Of a stretch of 64,000 nucleotides of DNA, positions 25,012-35,472 are shown piece by piece (the first letter of the stretch is position 1; the number at the start of each line of letters is the position of its first letter). Below the pieces are notes generated by a model. That model worked only from the letters and a program-made list of their open reading frames with translations, did no database searches and had not been told where the DNA came from. A program made the position numbers and the translations under genes. The stretch spans positions 80,892 through 144,891 of the forward strand of contig JBAWZD010000001.1 in assembly GCA_037143195.1 (NCBI GenBank). Direction: 5' to 3'. Source of the DNA: a bacterium (lineage in GTDB: Bacteria; Patescibacteriota; Minisyncoccia; Phycocordibacterales; UBA9973).

Positions 25012-27633
25012 ATGAAAGCGTACGATCATAAAAAAATAGAAAAAAAATGGCAAAAGACATGGCGGGAAAAAAAGACCTACCAAACATTGTCTGCAAAATC
25101 AGCCAAAGGCAAGAAGCCATTTTATGTGCTCGATATGTTTCCGTATCCATCAGGTGCAGGATTGCACGTTGGACATCCCCGCGGATATATCGGCTCTGAT
25201 GTGATCGCACGCAAAAAACGAATGGAGGGATGCAACGTTTTGCACCCTATGGGATATGACGCGTTCGGACTTCCAGCAGAACAATACGCAATCGCAAACA
25301 AAATTCATCCACGCAAAGCGGTGCTTGATAATGTCAAAACATTTGAACGACAATTGTCGGTGATTGGTTTTTCGTATGATTGGAATCGCACGGTAAACAC
25401 AACTGATCCTGAATATTACAAATGGACGCAATGGATTTTTCTCAAGATTTATAATTCGTGGTTTGACCTCTCAAAAAACAAGGCTCGACCGATCGAGGAC
25501 CTCGTATCAGTATTTGCAAAAAAGGGAAGTGCGGGAGTTTCTGCGGTGAATCACTCAAAGCGTGTTTTCTCGGCGAGTGAGTGGCGCTCGATGAGCCCAC
25601 TCGAACGGCAAACTGTACTGATGGATTATCGTCTTGCATACGAGGGATATTCTGAGGTCAATTGGTGCCCAGAAATGGGTACTGTGCTTGCGAACGATGA
25701 AATTGTTGATGGTCCGAATGGTCCTATGTCTGAGCGTGGCAATTATCCTGTCGAGAAGCGCTCGATGCGTCAGTGGTTTATGCGTATCACTGCCTATGGC
25801 GACCGATTGATCGAAGATCTCGAAGGACTTACATGGCCAGAACATATCAAGGAAATTCAGCGCAATTGGATCGGCCGTTCCGAAGGATTGTTGTTCCGTG
25901 CGCCAGTCAAAGATATGGATCTTGTTATTGAGACTTTTTCGGCGCACTTTGAGGCGTGTCATGCTGATACGTTTGTGGTGATCGCCCCGGATCATCCACT
26001 CCTTGCGACATTGCTTGATGGCGTTGAGAACAAAAACGATGTGCTCGCGCAAGCGAAAGCAATTGTGCAGAAACGCGAGGCGCTCGGTGACAAATACAAA
26101 GAAGTCGAAGGCGTGTTTACGGGACGATATATTGTGGACCCACTTGGCAATGGTGATTTGCCGATTTGGGTCGCGAGTTTCGCGCTCAAAGATTACGGTA
26201 CTGGTATTGTGAAGTGTTCTGCGCACGATGAGCGTGATTTTCTTTTTGCGAAAAAATATAACATTCCGCTCAAGGCAGTGATGCTTCCTCGTGATGAGGC
26301 GTTACGTGCACAAGTTGAGAATTTTGAAATGTGTTTTACGGATGCTTCGACGGGAGTTTTGACTGAGCCAAAGGAATTTGCTGGACGCGTCGCGCACGAA
26401 GTGCGCGACGCCGTAGCAGAGTATGCAGTAAAGAATGGCTTCGCGAAACGAAAAGTCAGTTACAAAATTCGTGACGCTGTCTTTGCTCGCCAGCGCTATT
26501 GGGGCGAACCAATTCCACTTTCAAAAGACAAGGAAGGAATTCTCCATGAAGTCGCAGAAAAGAAATTGCCACTCGAGCTTCCGAATGTAAAAAGCTATGA
26601 ACCATCAGGTACCGGAGAGAGTCCGCTCGCAAGTGTTCCCGCGTGGACAAAGGCAGGATATGAGACGAATACGATGCCAGGCTGGGCGGGAAGTTCATGG
26701 TATTTCTTGCGCTATGTAGATCCCAAAAACAAAAAGGCATTCGCAGGTGAATCTGAACTCGCGTATTGGTTTAACAAAAAACGTGTTGGGGGAGTCGACG
26801 TGTATGTTGGGGGTGCCGAACATGCAACAGGTCACTTGCTCTATTCGCGTTTTTGGCACAAGGTATTGTTTGACTACGGATTGGTCCCGACCAAGGAGCC
26901 ATTTCAATTGCTCCGCAATCAGGGAATCATCCTGGCTTCTGACGGCCGCAAGATGAGTAAGCGCTGGGGAAATGTCATCAATCCCGATGAAATCGTCGGC
27001 ACCTACGGTGCCGACACACTGCGCCTATACGAAATGTTTATGGGTCCATTCGACGCGAGTCTCCCATGGAGCACCGAAAGTATCATCGGCTCACGCCGAT
27101 TCATCGAACGTGTGTGGCGCTTCGTAGAAAAGATCGAAGCTCAGAAAGGCGCACCTCAGAACGAGAAGGCCGTCGCATATGAGCAAGCACTTCACAAAGC
27201 AATCAAAAAAGTGACCGAGGATATTGAAAACTTTAGTTTCAATACTGCAGTATCTGCGATGATGATTTGTTTGAATGAAATGGAAAAAGCAGAGTATGTT
27301 TCGGTTGGTGATTATAAAAAATTCTTACAATTACTGGCGCCATTTGCTCCGCATGTTACCGACGAACTCTGGGAGCACTTCGGTGAAAAAAAATCTATTC
27401 ATGTATCTGGATGGCCAACATTTGATGAATCAAAGCTTGTTTCTGATACTGTAACGATCGTCGTTCAAGTGAATAGCAAGAATCGAGCCGAACTTGAGAT
27501 CGCTCAAAATGCGTCTGATGACGAGGTAAAAGCGCTCGCGCTCGCATCTCCGAAGGTCCAAACTGCACTCGATGGTGCTACTCCAAAAAAAGTGATTTAT
27601 GTCAAAGGACGCCTCGTGAATATCGTCGTCTAA
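25012..27633 (+). CDS. leuS: leucyl-tRNA synthetase
   Basis: HVGHPRGY (HIGH-type), a KMSKRWGN (KMSKS-type) motif, and the class I editing-domain architecture. 873 aa. Confidence 0.95.
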   Translation: MKAYDHKKIEKKWQKTWREKKTYQTLSAKSAKGKKPFYVLDMFPYPSGAGLHVGHPRGYIGSDVIARKKRMEGCNVLHPMGYDAFGLPAEQYAIANKIHPRKAVLDNVKTFERQLSVIGFSYDWNRTVNTTDPEYYKWTQWIFLKIYNSWFDLSKNKARPIEDLVSVFAKKGSAGVSAVNHSKRVFSASEWRSMSPLERQTVLMDYRLAYEGYSEVNWCPEMGTVLANDEIVDGPNGPMSERGNYPVEKRSMRQWFMRITAYGDRLIEDLEGLTWPEHIKEIQRNWIGRSEGLLFRAPVKDMDLVIETFSAHFEACHADTFVVIAPDHPLLATLLDGVENKNDVLAQAKAIVQKREALGDKYKEVEGVFTGRYIVDPLGNGDLPIWVASFALKDYGTGIVKCSAHDERDFLFAKKYNIPLKAVMLPRDEALRAQVENFEMCFTDASTGVLTEPKEFAGRVAHEVRDAVAEYAVKNGFAKRKVSYKIRDAVFARQRYWGEPIPLSKDKEGILHEVAEKKLPLELPNVKSYEPSGTGESPLASVPAWTKAGYETNTMPGWAGSSWYFLRYVDPKNKKAFAGESELAYWFNKKRVGGVDVYVGGAEHATGHLLYSRFWHKVLFDYGLVPTKEPFQLLRNQGIILASDGRKMSKRWGNVINPDEIVGTYGADTLRLYEMFMGPFDASLPWSTESIIGSRRFIERVWRFVEKIEAQKGAPQNEKAVAYEQALHKAIKKVTEDIENFSFNTAVSAMMICLNEMEKAEYVSVGDYKKFLQLLAPFAPHVTDELWEHFGEKKSIHVSGWPTFDESKLVSDTVTIVVQVNSKNRAELEIAQNASDDEVKALALASPKVQTALDGATPKKVIYVKGRLVNIVV

Positions 27634-27677
27634 TCGATTGCTCGTCGCGGTCAACTCGGATATACTAGAGAGATAGT

Positions 27678-30020
27678 ATGCTCAAAAAGAACTTCCATCT
27701 CTGTGACCGCATTGCTCAAATTACAGTACTTGTCACCGTACTCCTTGTACTCGTCGTCTTTGTCCCTGGAGGGCTCGTTTCGCTTCCGCTCATCAAAGGG
27801 TATGTTCTTGTTGTTGGCATCTCGCTTTCACTTGTTGCATGGCTCATCGCTCGGTTGATGGAAGGTTCGCTACACTTTTCTCGTTCGTGGACGCTTCTTT
27901 CTATCGGAGTGCTTGCTGTTGTCGCGATTGTGTCGACATTCTTTTCGCATGCTCCATATCTGTCACTGTTCGGAGAACAACTTGATCAAGGTGCATGTAT
28001 TCCATTCGTTCTGATGTGTCTTTCGGTGTTTCTTGCTTCTGAACTTTTTCAAGAAGAGAAAGGGCTGTCATACTTTTTTTCATCAGCTTTTGTTTTGTAT
28101 GGAATCCTCGCCGTGTACCAACTCGTGCATTTGTTTTTCGCCGGAGCGCTTTCGTTTGGAGTATTTACAGCGAATGTCTCAACTCCACTCGGTCTCTGGA
28201 GTGATTTCTCGTATCTTTCAGGAGCAATGCTCGTTGGTTCGATCCTTGTGCATGAATTTTTCCAGTTTCCCAAAATCGTCCGCGTGATTATTTCTTGCGT
28301 TGGTGTGTTGTCACTTTTCTTTGTTGTTCTCACCAATAGTCTACTCGTGTGGCTACTTGTCGGTTTGTCGCTTCTCCTTGTACTTGTGTATCGATTGCTG
28401 TTTAGCGAACAGACAGAGGGGACACGTTTCCCAATTGTTTCGTTTCTCTTAACGATTCTTGCGATATTTATGAGTATCACGAATGCGAGTTTTGGAGGGA
28501 AGCTCGCCTCACTGCTTCACGCGCCGTACCTCGGCATTGACCCAAGTGTATCAGCCACAATCCATGTTGCGTATGAATCAATCAAATCACACCTTTTGTT
28601 TGGGGTAGGACCAAATCAATTTTTCCATGAATGGATTGCGTACCGACCACTATCGGTCAATATGAGCATGTTGTGGAATAACGTATTTTCGTTTGGTTCA
28701 AGTTTCCTACTAACGATTTCGCTCCTCACTGGTATTTTTGGGATCCTCGCGGGAATCTTCTTTGTCGGTTCGTTCCTCTGTGAAGGGTGGAAGAATTTGT
28801 TTCGACAGAGTTTTCATTCCGACAAAGAACGGGTTCACCCAGGTATTTTTGCTGTGTTTGTCAGTACACTGTACTTCTTTTTGATTGTTGTTTTTACTTC
28901 TCCTGGAATTTCAATTACGTTTTTGTCATTCTTCTTCATTGGGTTGTTTATCGCCGTGCTCACTCGCAGTGGTTTGTTTGAGCGAAGGACGATTCATTTT
29001 TCTCATAAAAAATATTTTGGTGTTCTGCTTATTTGTATCATCATACTTGGCACGACATTTTCTCTCTTTGGTATTGTTGATGCGACGAAGCGTCTCAGTG
29101 CTGGAGTCCATTACGGTCGTGGTGTTCGCGCTGCGAATGCGGGGGATGCAATTCAAGCTGACACAGAATTCGTAAAAGCGATTGCCGCTGTCGATCTTCC
29201 AAGTATCGAACGTGACCGTGTACAGCTCGCTGTAGAAATCATTCAAACAGAGTTTAGTTCATTGCCTGTGTCCGCGACCGAGCTTTCAGCTGATTCGAAA
29301 GCAATCATTCAAAATGCAATCAAAGTGGGAACATCTGCGTCGCTCGCTGCAGTATCGCTCGACACGACCGATGCGCAAAATTTCCTTGCCTATGGTGACT
29401 TCATGCAAGCACTTGCTCCACTCAAAATCCAAGCAGCGTTTGATAATAGCCGAGACGCGTATTTGAAGGCGATAAATGTCGCACCAAATTATCCGGTGTC
29501 GTACTATGATCTCGCACGCTTGTACGCAAAAAGTGGCGATACAAAAAATGCGATGAATTACGCGAGCCAAGCGCTCACAATCAAATCGAATTACACGGAT
29601 GTGTACTATCTCGAAGAACAAATCGCACTAAATCAATCCGATGTTGATACGGCAATTTCTCTGCTACAGAAGGCAATACATGCTGATCCAAGTAATGCGC
29701 AAATCTACGCAGAGCTTGGAAAAGTACAGTACGACGCTAGCAGGTACGCAGATGCCGTCGCTTCCTACGGAAGCGCAACGACGCTCGATTCAAACGATAC
29801 AGCATCATGGTTTTATTTGGCACAGTCGTTTGGAAAGACAGGGGACACCAAGGACGCAAGTATGATACTTACGGCACTCCACGCGCGGTATCCTGACAAT
29901 GCAGATATCAAAAATGCTTTACTTGCATTGACGAATCCTGCGCCGCTCAATACAACGACGGTACCTGATACGACCAAGACAAAAAAAGTGCCAGTCATTA
30001 TTCCGAAAGCCAAGAAATAA
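27678..30020 (+). CDS. polytopic membrane protein (Wzy/O-antigen-ligase-like N-terminal region) with C-terminal TPR repeats
   Basis: About 12 predicted TM helices, followed by TPR-like repeats (YYDLARLYAKSGDTKNA..., AQIYAELGKVQYD..., SWFYLAQSFGKTGDTKDA). Confidence 0.5.
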   Translation: MLKKNFHLCDRIAQITVLVTVLLVLVVFVPGGLVSLPLIKGYVLVVGISLSLVAWLIARLMEGSLHFSRSWTLLSIGVLAVVAIVSTFFSHAPYLSLFGEQLDQGACIPFVLMCLSVFLASELFQEEKGLSYFFSSAFVLYGILAVYQLVHLFFAGALSFGVFTANVSTPLGLWSDFSYLSGAMLVGSILVHEFFQFPKIVRVIISCVGVLSLFFVVLTNSLLVWLLVGLSLLLVLVYRLLFSEQTEGTRFPIVSFLLTILAIFMSITNASFGGKLASLLHAPYLGIDPSVSATIHVAYESIKSHLLFGVGPNQFFHEWIAYRPLSVNMSMLWNNVFSFGSSFLLTISLLTGIFGILAGIFFVGSFLCEGWKNLFRQSFHSDKERVHPGIFAVFVSTLYFFLIVVFTSPGISITFLSFFFIGLFIAVLTRSGLFERRTIHFSHKKYFGVLLICIIILGTTFSLFGIVDATKRLSAGVHYGRGVRAANAGDAIQADTEFVKAIAAVDLPSIERDRVQLAVEIIQTEFSSLPVSATELSADSKAIIQNAIKVGTSASLAAVSLDTTDAQNFLAYGDFMQALAPLKIQAAFDNSRDAYLKAINVAPNYPVSYYDLARLYAKSGDTKNAMNYASQALTIKSNYTDVYYLEEQIALNQSDVDTAISLLQKAIHADPSNAQIYAELGKVQYDASRYADAVASYGSATTLDSNDTASWFYLAQSFGKTGDTKDASMILTALHARYPDNADIKNALLALTNPAPLNTTTVPDTTKTKKVPVIIPKAKK

Positions 30021-31703
30021 ATGATTCGAAAATTACTCGACATGGTGAATCGACGTTTCCAAGGAATGCACGAAGCAGCCATCCTGCTTGGGGTATTTTC
30101 TCTCGTCTCTCAACTCATCGGTCTGTTTCGCGATCGCATGCTCGCGCATATGATTGGCCCAGGACCAACGCTCGACGTCTACTATGCTGCGTTTCAAATT
30201 CCCAATTTCATTTTCATTTCGATTGCTTCACTCGCATCAATCACAGTCCTCATGCCGTTTCTCGTTGCTCGAATGGACGGAGATGGTCAAGAGTCTGCAC
30301 GTACATTTTTTAGCGACGTACTCTCGGGCTTTTTCCTCTTGCTTGTTGCTGTCTCAATCGGTGTGTTTTTCTTGATGCCGTGGCTCGCGCGTATCATTGC
30401 TCCAGGGTTTTCAACGGACCAATTGCACGAGCTTGTTGCCGTCAGTCGCATCATGCTTCTCTCGCCGATATTCATGGGTCTCTCAAATATGCTCGGTACG
30501 GTGACTCAGCTTTTGCGAAAGTTTTTTGTATTTTCACTTTCGCCAATTTTTTATAACGTGGGTATTATTCTCGGTATCGTCTTTCTGTATCCGCGATATG
30601 GTGTCGCAGGGCTTGCCATTGGTGTTGTATTTGGAGCACTTCTTCATCTTCTCATTCAAGTGCCTACACTCTGGAGCGCAGGCTTTGCTCCGAGTATTAC
30701 GAGACGTCTCGATCGTTCGACGATTCGACAGGTCGTCGCGCTCTCACTTCCACGCACCCTTGGTATTTCTATGAATAGTCTCGCGCTCCTTGCTGTCGTA
30801 GCGATTGGGTCAACGCTTTCATCGGGTTCTATTTCTATTTTTAATTTTGCACTCAATCTTGAAACGACTCCGGTCGGGATTATCGGTATTTCATATGCAG
30901 TAGCTTCGTTCCCAATTTTGTCTGAAGCTTTTGCGCGAGGGGAGAAAGAGAAGTGGCAGAGTTGTATTCTCTCGGCCACACGCCAAATTATTTTTTGGTC
31001 ACTTCCGCTCACTGCGCTTCTCATCGTGCTTCGCGCCCAGATTGTGCGTGTCACACTCGGCACGGGAGCATTTAGTTGGGCTGACACCAAGCTCACCGCT
31101 GCGTGTTTCGCACTCTTTACTATCGGTCTCATTGCACAAAACATGGTACTCGTTTCGACTCGTGCGTTTTATGCCGCACACAACACAAAGACACCGCTCT
31201 ACATCAATGCGATTTGCTCGATTGGGATTATCGGTCTCGCATTCTTTTTGAAATATGAATTTTTGAACACTCCACTCTTCCGTTATTTCATTGAGTCACT
31301 GCTTCGTGTTGGTGACGTCCCAGGGACATCGGTGCTCATGCTTCCACTCGCATATTCACTTGGAACACTCGTGAATGCACTTTTGCATTGGGTGGATTTG
31401 CGCAAGCGCTATCTCGACACGACTGGCACGCTCCCGCGTGCCACATTCGAAGCCATCGGCGCCTCATTCGTGACAGGTGCGGTCGCCTACGGCTCCCTCA
31501 ACATCCTCTCAAACGTCTTTTCAATGCACACATTTTGGGGCGTGCTCATGCAAGGAGGGCTCGCCTGTCTCGCAGGTACCATTGCCGGCATCATCGTGCT
31601 CGCCCTCCTCAAGAGCGAGTCATTGTTCGAAATTTGGTCCGCCTTTCGCAAAAAATTCTGGCGCGTCGACCTCGTCACCTCCGAGGAGTTATCAACAAAA
31701 TAG
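30021..31703 (+). CDS. murJ: lipid II flippase MurJ (MviN)
   Basis: N-terminal LGLFRDRMLAHMIGPGPTLDVYYAAFQIPNF matches the MurJ consensus. 14-TM topology. 560 aa. Confidence 0.8.
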   Translation: MIRKLLDMVNRRFQGMHEAAILLGVFSLVSQLIGLFRDRMLAHMIGPGPTLDVYYAAFQIPNFIFISIASLASITVLMPFLVARMDGDGQESARTFFSDVLSGFFLLLVAVSIGVFFLMPWLARIIAPGFSTDQLHELVAVSRIMLLSPIFMGLSNMLGTVTQLLRKFFVFSLSPIFYNVGIILGIVFLYPRYGVAGLAIGVVFGALLHLLIQVPTLWSAGFAPSITRRLDRSTIRQVVALSLPRTLGISMNSLALLAVVAIGSTLSSGSISIFNFALNLETTPVGIIGISYAVASFPILSEAFARGEKEKWQSCILSATRQIIFWSLPLTALLIVLRAQIVRVTLGTGAFSWADTKLTAACFALFTIGLIAQNMVLVSTRAFYAAHNTKTPLYINAICSIGIIGLAFFLKYEFLNTPLFRYFIESLLRVGDVPGTSVLMLPLAYSLGTLVNALLHWVDLRKRYLDTTGTLPRATFEAIGASFVTGAVAYGSLNILSNVFSMHTFWGVLMQGGLACLAGTIAGIIVLALLKSESLFEIWSAFRKKFWRVDLVTSEELSTK

Positions 31704-31850
31704 GGTTTGTTGACATTGAGGCAGTACAAGGTAGATTTGACTCAAATATAAAAACGATGAAAAAATTATTTCGGGCCACACATGGTCCAACCAAACCTCG
31801 AGGTCAACATACCGTTCGGGGATAAGTAAAAAAATTGTATAATATTTAAA

Positions 31851-31872
31851 AAAAGGATCTTCGGATCCTTTT
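31851..31872. terminator. A-tract / 5-bp GGATC stem / UUCG tetraloop / T-tract hairpin between murJ and lepA. It is either the murJ terminator or a lepA leader hairpin.
   Basis: aaaaggatc ttcg gatcctttt. A TGTATAAT extended -10-like motif lies 8 nt upstream, at 31836-31843. Confidence 0.4.
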
Positions 31873-31900
31873 GTAGTTTTTCGGACATTTTTCTGTTAGT

Positions 31901-33733
31901 ATGGCGGAGTACATGGATTTACAGCATATTCGCAATTTCAGCATCATCGCCCATATTGACCACGGCAAGTCGACCCTTGCCGACCGCATGCTTGAGGTCA
32001 CGGGGACTATCGAGGCGCGCAAAATGCGCGACCAAGTGCTCGACAATATGGAGCTCGAACGTGAGCGTGGCATTACCATCAAGATGCAGCCAGTTCGTAT
32101 GCAACACAAAGTGGGGAATGACAGCTATCAGCTCAACCTCATCGATACCCCCGGACATATCGACTTTTCATATGAAGTTTCGCGTGCGCTCAAGGCCGTA
32201 GAAGGCTCAATCCTGCTCGTAGACTCGACTCAGGGTGTGCAGGCCCAAACGTTGACGACACTCGATGCTGCACGCAAGGAGGGGCTTGTTATCGTGCCTG
32301 TCGTGTCCAAGATTGATTCGCCACTCGCGCGTCCCGAAGAAGTGAAGCTTGAAATCGCCACACTGCTCGACATTGACCCCGACGATGTGCTCGAAGTTTC
32401 AGGACGTACTGGTCAAGGCGTCGAAGCTTTGCTCAAAGCCGTGATTGAACGCATCCCACCTCCAGCGCCTGCCGCTATCGCAAGTGGTTCTGGACTCAAA
32501 GCACTCGTGTTTGATTTTAAATATGATGACCACAAAGGCGTGATCGTGTATGTTCGTGTTTTTGAAGGTTCGGTCAAACGTCACGATCGTTTGCTCTTTT
32601 CGATTGCAGGTGAGAAATTCATCGCACTTGAAGTTGGAGTTTTTATGCCGTTCGAAGAAGCGCGCGATACATTGTCTGCGGGTGAAATCGGATACATCGT
32701 GACAGGTGTCAAACAGCCAGGTATTGCAAGTGTGGGAGATACAATCACCACAGAAAAGAATCCACTCCCAGCGCTTGCGGGATATGACAATCCACGACCC
32801 GTCGTATGGGCTTCAATATATCCAGAAAGTCAGGATGATTTTCCTGCGCTTCGCACCGCACTCGGACGACTTAAATTGTCTGACTCAGCATTCACGTTTG
32901 AAGAAGAATCAAGTGGGGCACTTGGTCGTGGATTTCGTGCAGGATTCCTTGGGATGCTTCACCTCGAAATCATCACCGAGCGTTTGCGTCGCGAATACCG
33001 TCTCGAGCTCATTGTGACGACGCCATCGATCACGTATATGGTGACGAAGCGTAGTGGCAAAGTCGAGACTGTGTATTCACCGCACCTCTTTCCAAACGAT
33101 GGAGACATCGTATCTGTCGACGAGCCATGGGCGAATGTGCGCATCATTACGCCTGAGCGATATATTGGAATCCTTATGCCGTTTTTGTACGGTCATGAGG
33201 CAGAAATTGGTACGACAGAAACCTTCGGAGAAGGACGTTCTGCGGTCAGTATTGTCATGCCACTTCGTGAAATGATGCGCGGATTTTTTGATGAGCTCAA
33301 GAGTCTGACGAGTGGATATGCTTCTATCACGTATTCGCTCGCGGGGCTTCGCCCCGCGAGCGTGACCCGCATGGACATCGTTCTTGCCGACGAAGTCGTC
33401 CCAGCATTCACTCGTGTCATCGCCAAGCGCCGTGCACAAGATGAAGCCGATGAGTCAACAGAAAAATTGCAAACGATTTTGCCACGACAGCAATTTGAAA
33501 TGAAAGTGCAAGCAGTCGCACTCGGCAAAATCCTCTCATCCAAAACAATCAAAGCATTCCGCAAAGATGTGCTCATGCACGGATCCAAAGTCGTGGGTGG
33601 AGGAGACGTATCTCGCAAAAAGAAATTGCTCGAAAAACAAAAGAAAGGAAAGGCTCGCATGCGCGATGCCGCCAAGGTGAACATTCCTCACGACGTCTTT
33701 TTGAAAATGATGCAGAGGGGAGACAACGCGTAA
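31901..33733 (+). CDS. lepA: elongation factor 4 (LepA)
   Basis: NFSIIAHIDHGKSTLADR G1 motif, DTPGHIDF, and the LepA-specific C-terminal domain. 610 aa. Confidence 0.95.
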   Translation: MAEYMDLQHIRNFSIIAHIDHGKSTLADRMLEVTGTIEARKMRDQVLDNMELERERGITIKMQPVRMQHKVGNDSYQLNLIDTPGHIDFSYEVSRALKAVEGSILLVDSTQGVQAQTLTTLDAARKEGLVIVPVVSKIDSPLARPEEVKLEIATLLDIDPDDVLEVSGRTGQGVEALLKAVIERIPPPAPAAIASGSGLKALVFDFKYDDHKGVIVYVRVFEGSVKRHDRLLFSIAGEKFIALEVGVFMPFEEARDTLSAGEIGYIVTGVKQPGIASVGDTITTEKNPLPALAGYDNPRPVVWASIYPESQDDFPALRTALGRLKLSDSAFTFEEESSGALGRGFRAGFLGMLHLEIITERLRREYRLELIVTTPSITYMVTKRSGKVETVYSPHLFPNDGDIVSVDEPWANVRIITPERYIGILMPFLYGHEAEIGTTETFGEGRSAVSIVMPLREMMRGFFDELKSLTSGYASITYSLAGLRPASVTRMDIVLADEVVPAFTRVIAKRRAQDEADESTEKLQTILPRQQFEMKVQAVALGKILSSKTIKAFRKDVLMHGSKVVGGGDVSRKKKLLEKQKKGKARMRDAAKVNIPHDVFLKMMQRGDNA

Positions 33734-33854
33734 GGCGGGCGCATACAAAAAATCCTTTGAAAGCACCGGCGTAAAATCCTGAAGGATTTTCGCCTCCCTC
33801 TCGCGCCGTCGCGCTCCGAGAGTGCTTTCAAAGGTTTTTTTGCTTGCGCCCGCC
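33734..33854. other. GC-rich multi-stem structured element (nested inverted repeats), candidate ncRNA or complex bidirectional terminator
   Basis: A 9-bp outer stem ggcgggcgc/gcgcccgcc encloses a 13-bp stem cctttgaaagcac/gtgctttcaaagg. That in turn encloses an 8-bp hairpin aaaatcct-gaa-aggatttt and a further GC-rich stem. A T7 run follows. Confidence 0.35.
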
Positions 33855-34040
33855 GTCCGTGCTTACTTCATGAACAAGACTGGCATGTACAAAGCAATCA
33901 TGAGAACAATGATCAATACTGAGACGATGCCCCAGGCGATATTCATGCGTTTTTTGTGTTTTTTCGAAAACATCATAGAGATATGTTGGAAGTTTGCACT
34001 TCAGGTACTACAATGGGTAATAGCTCAAAGCTACCACGAA

Positions 34041-34430
34041 ATGGCATATTTTAAAAGGACGAACATTTTTCAAAGCATTGTCTTCTCTCGGCTCATGGCG
34101 CTCGCGGTTTTGCTCGCGATCGTGTTCATGGCGTTTGCTCTCTACTCGATCGTCGGCAAAAGCATCGACGCCTCAAACGCCCGCAAACTCGCCGAATCGC
34201 AAGCAGTCGAACTCAAACAAAAACAGCTCGACCTCGACAAAAAACTCACCGACCTCAACACCACAAGTGGCCAAGAAGCCCTCCTCCGCGAACAATATCC
34301 CGTCGTCAAACCAGGGGAGCACGTTGTGGTCATAACAGATACAGATAGTGGAAGTGTCGCTGTACCTCAAGCAAACCAAGATGTTCCGCACACGGGATTT
34401 TGGACGCTCGTGAAGAGCTATTTTAAATAG
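34041..34430 (+). CDS. septum formation initiator family protein (FtsB/DivIC-like)
   Basis: A single N-terminal TM segment followed by a coiled coil (ESQAVELKQKQLDLDKKLTDL) and a conserved EQYPVVKPGE-like tail. The ATG at 34041 is preferred; the TTG-extended frame from 33822 overlaps the structured element. Confidence 0.55.
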   Translation: MAYFKRTNIFQSIVFSRLMALAVLLAIVFMAFALYSIVGKSIDASNARKLAESQAVELKQKQLDLDKKLTDLNTTSGQEALLREQYPVVKPGEHVVVITDTDSGSVAVPQANQDVPHTGFWTLVKSYFK

Positions 34431-34532
34431 AAAACGAAATCATCATTTTCGTTGACGGAATCACTTTAGTTTGATAAAGTGTACGCAAGGTATACAGCCG
34501 CCGAAAAGGGCTTAACTTTCAATACATTTATA

Positions 34533-34886
34533 ATGAAAAAAGTATTTCTTGTACTCACACTGGTTTGCTTTGGCTCAGGTTGCCAGCGAATTTCAGAACG
34601 AAGTTTTGAGACAAAAGTAACCAATGATTCTGGGTTGGTTACCAAGATCAACAAAAAGGGAAACGGCAAGATATTTGCCGTGGAGGTGACTGTTTCCTAC
34701 AGCCCAAACCCGATTTCGTTTAACAACGAATATTTACAAGATCCGCAATTTTTGTTTGATGCAGATCTCGCTTATTCTCTTAACCAAAGAGTAGGCATAG
34801 AACTCAAAAGAAATTATGAGTACGAAGCAGGTGTGGATGGTAGAACCGACACTACAACATTGAGCGCTACGTATACGCTCAAATAG
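34533..34886 (+). CDS. putative lipoprotein
   Basis: MKKVFLVLTLVCFGSGC lipobox-like signal. Confidence 0.45.
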   Translation: MKKVFLVLTLVCFGSGCQRISERSFETKVTNDSGLVTKINKKGNGKIFAVEVTVSYSPNPISFNNEYLQDPQFLFDADLAYSLNQRVGIELKRNYEYEAGVDGRTDTTTLSATYTLK

Positions 34887-34930
34887 TTTCTACACTGTTT
34901 GTGTATTCATTAAATTTCAACATGGAATTT

Positions 34931-34960
34931 AAAAACACCCTGCAAAAGCAGGGTATTTTT
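34931..34960. terminator. intrinsic terminator
   Basis: aaaaacaccctgc aaaa gcagggtattttt: a 7-bp stem, a 4-nt loop and a T-tract. Confidence 0.5.
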
Positions 34961-35127
34961 AAATGTGCGCCGTACTGGAGAGTGTTAGAACTGAATTGAT
35001 GAAATCGCCAGTTTTGCCGTATGTACCTGACCTCTCAAAATGGTCTTTACACATATAAATAAAAATGGTATTATAAAAATTAAGTTATAATGATAAAAAA
35101 ATTTTTTAACCTTCCAAACTTAATAAC

Positions 35128-35448
35128 ATGGTCAGTGGACATTTAATGATTGGTGTTGCAAACAGCGCAGATCGCCTTCGCGCAAACAGAAAGGCAGAAA
35201 TTGTATCTTACTTCCGATACCGTGACTTCGAATCTGCAAAAAAATTAATTAGAAAGGACCAATTCGAAATTGGTACAGGCTTAGGACTCTGCGCAGTTCT
35301 AATCTCATTCGCTATTTTTGGCGGGTTCCCCATTAACCTTATCTGCGGTATCTTAGGGGTATTCACATCTATTGCCTTCGCTCCTGCGTACATCTCAGAT
35401 CTTGTATTCGATTACAAGGTAATGCAACGGATCAAAAAGTATCATTAA
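35128..35448 (+). CDS. hypothetical small membrane protein
   Basis: 106-aa ORF with two hydrophobic helices. It is flanked by terminators. Confidence 0.4.
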   Translation: MVSGHLMIGVANSADRLRANRKAEIVSYFRYRDFESAKKLIRKDQFEIGTGLGLCAVLISFAIFGGFPINLICGILGVFTSIAFAPAYISDLVFDYKVMQRIKKYH

Positions 35449-35472
35449 GTTCGAGCCCGAAAAAGGGTACGA

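Noticed and set aside
25555-26226. 223-aa ORF on the - strand
   Set aside because: Inside leuS on the opposite strand.
30656-31144. 162-aa ORF on the - strand, and 31388..31825 on the + strand
   Set aside because: The first is antisense to murJ. The second is an alternative frame running from the murJ 3' end through the intergenic hairpin, with no support.
33193-33684. 163-aa ORF on the - strand
   Set aside because: Antisense to lepA.
33734-33854. SRP RNA or 6S RNA identity for the structured element after lepA
   Set aside because: It lacks the conserved SRP helix-8 sequence and is too short for 6S RNA. It is kept only as an unclassified structured element.
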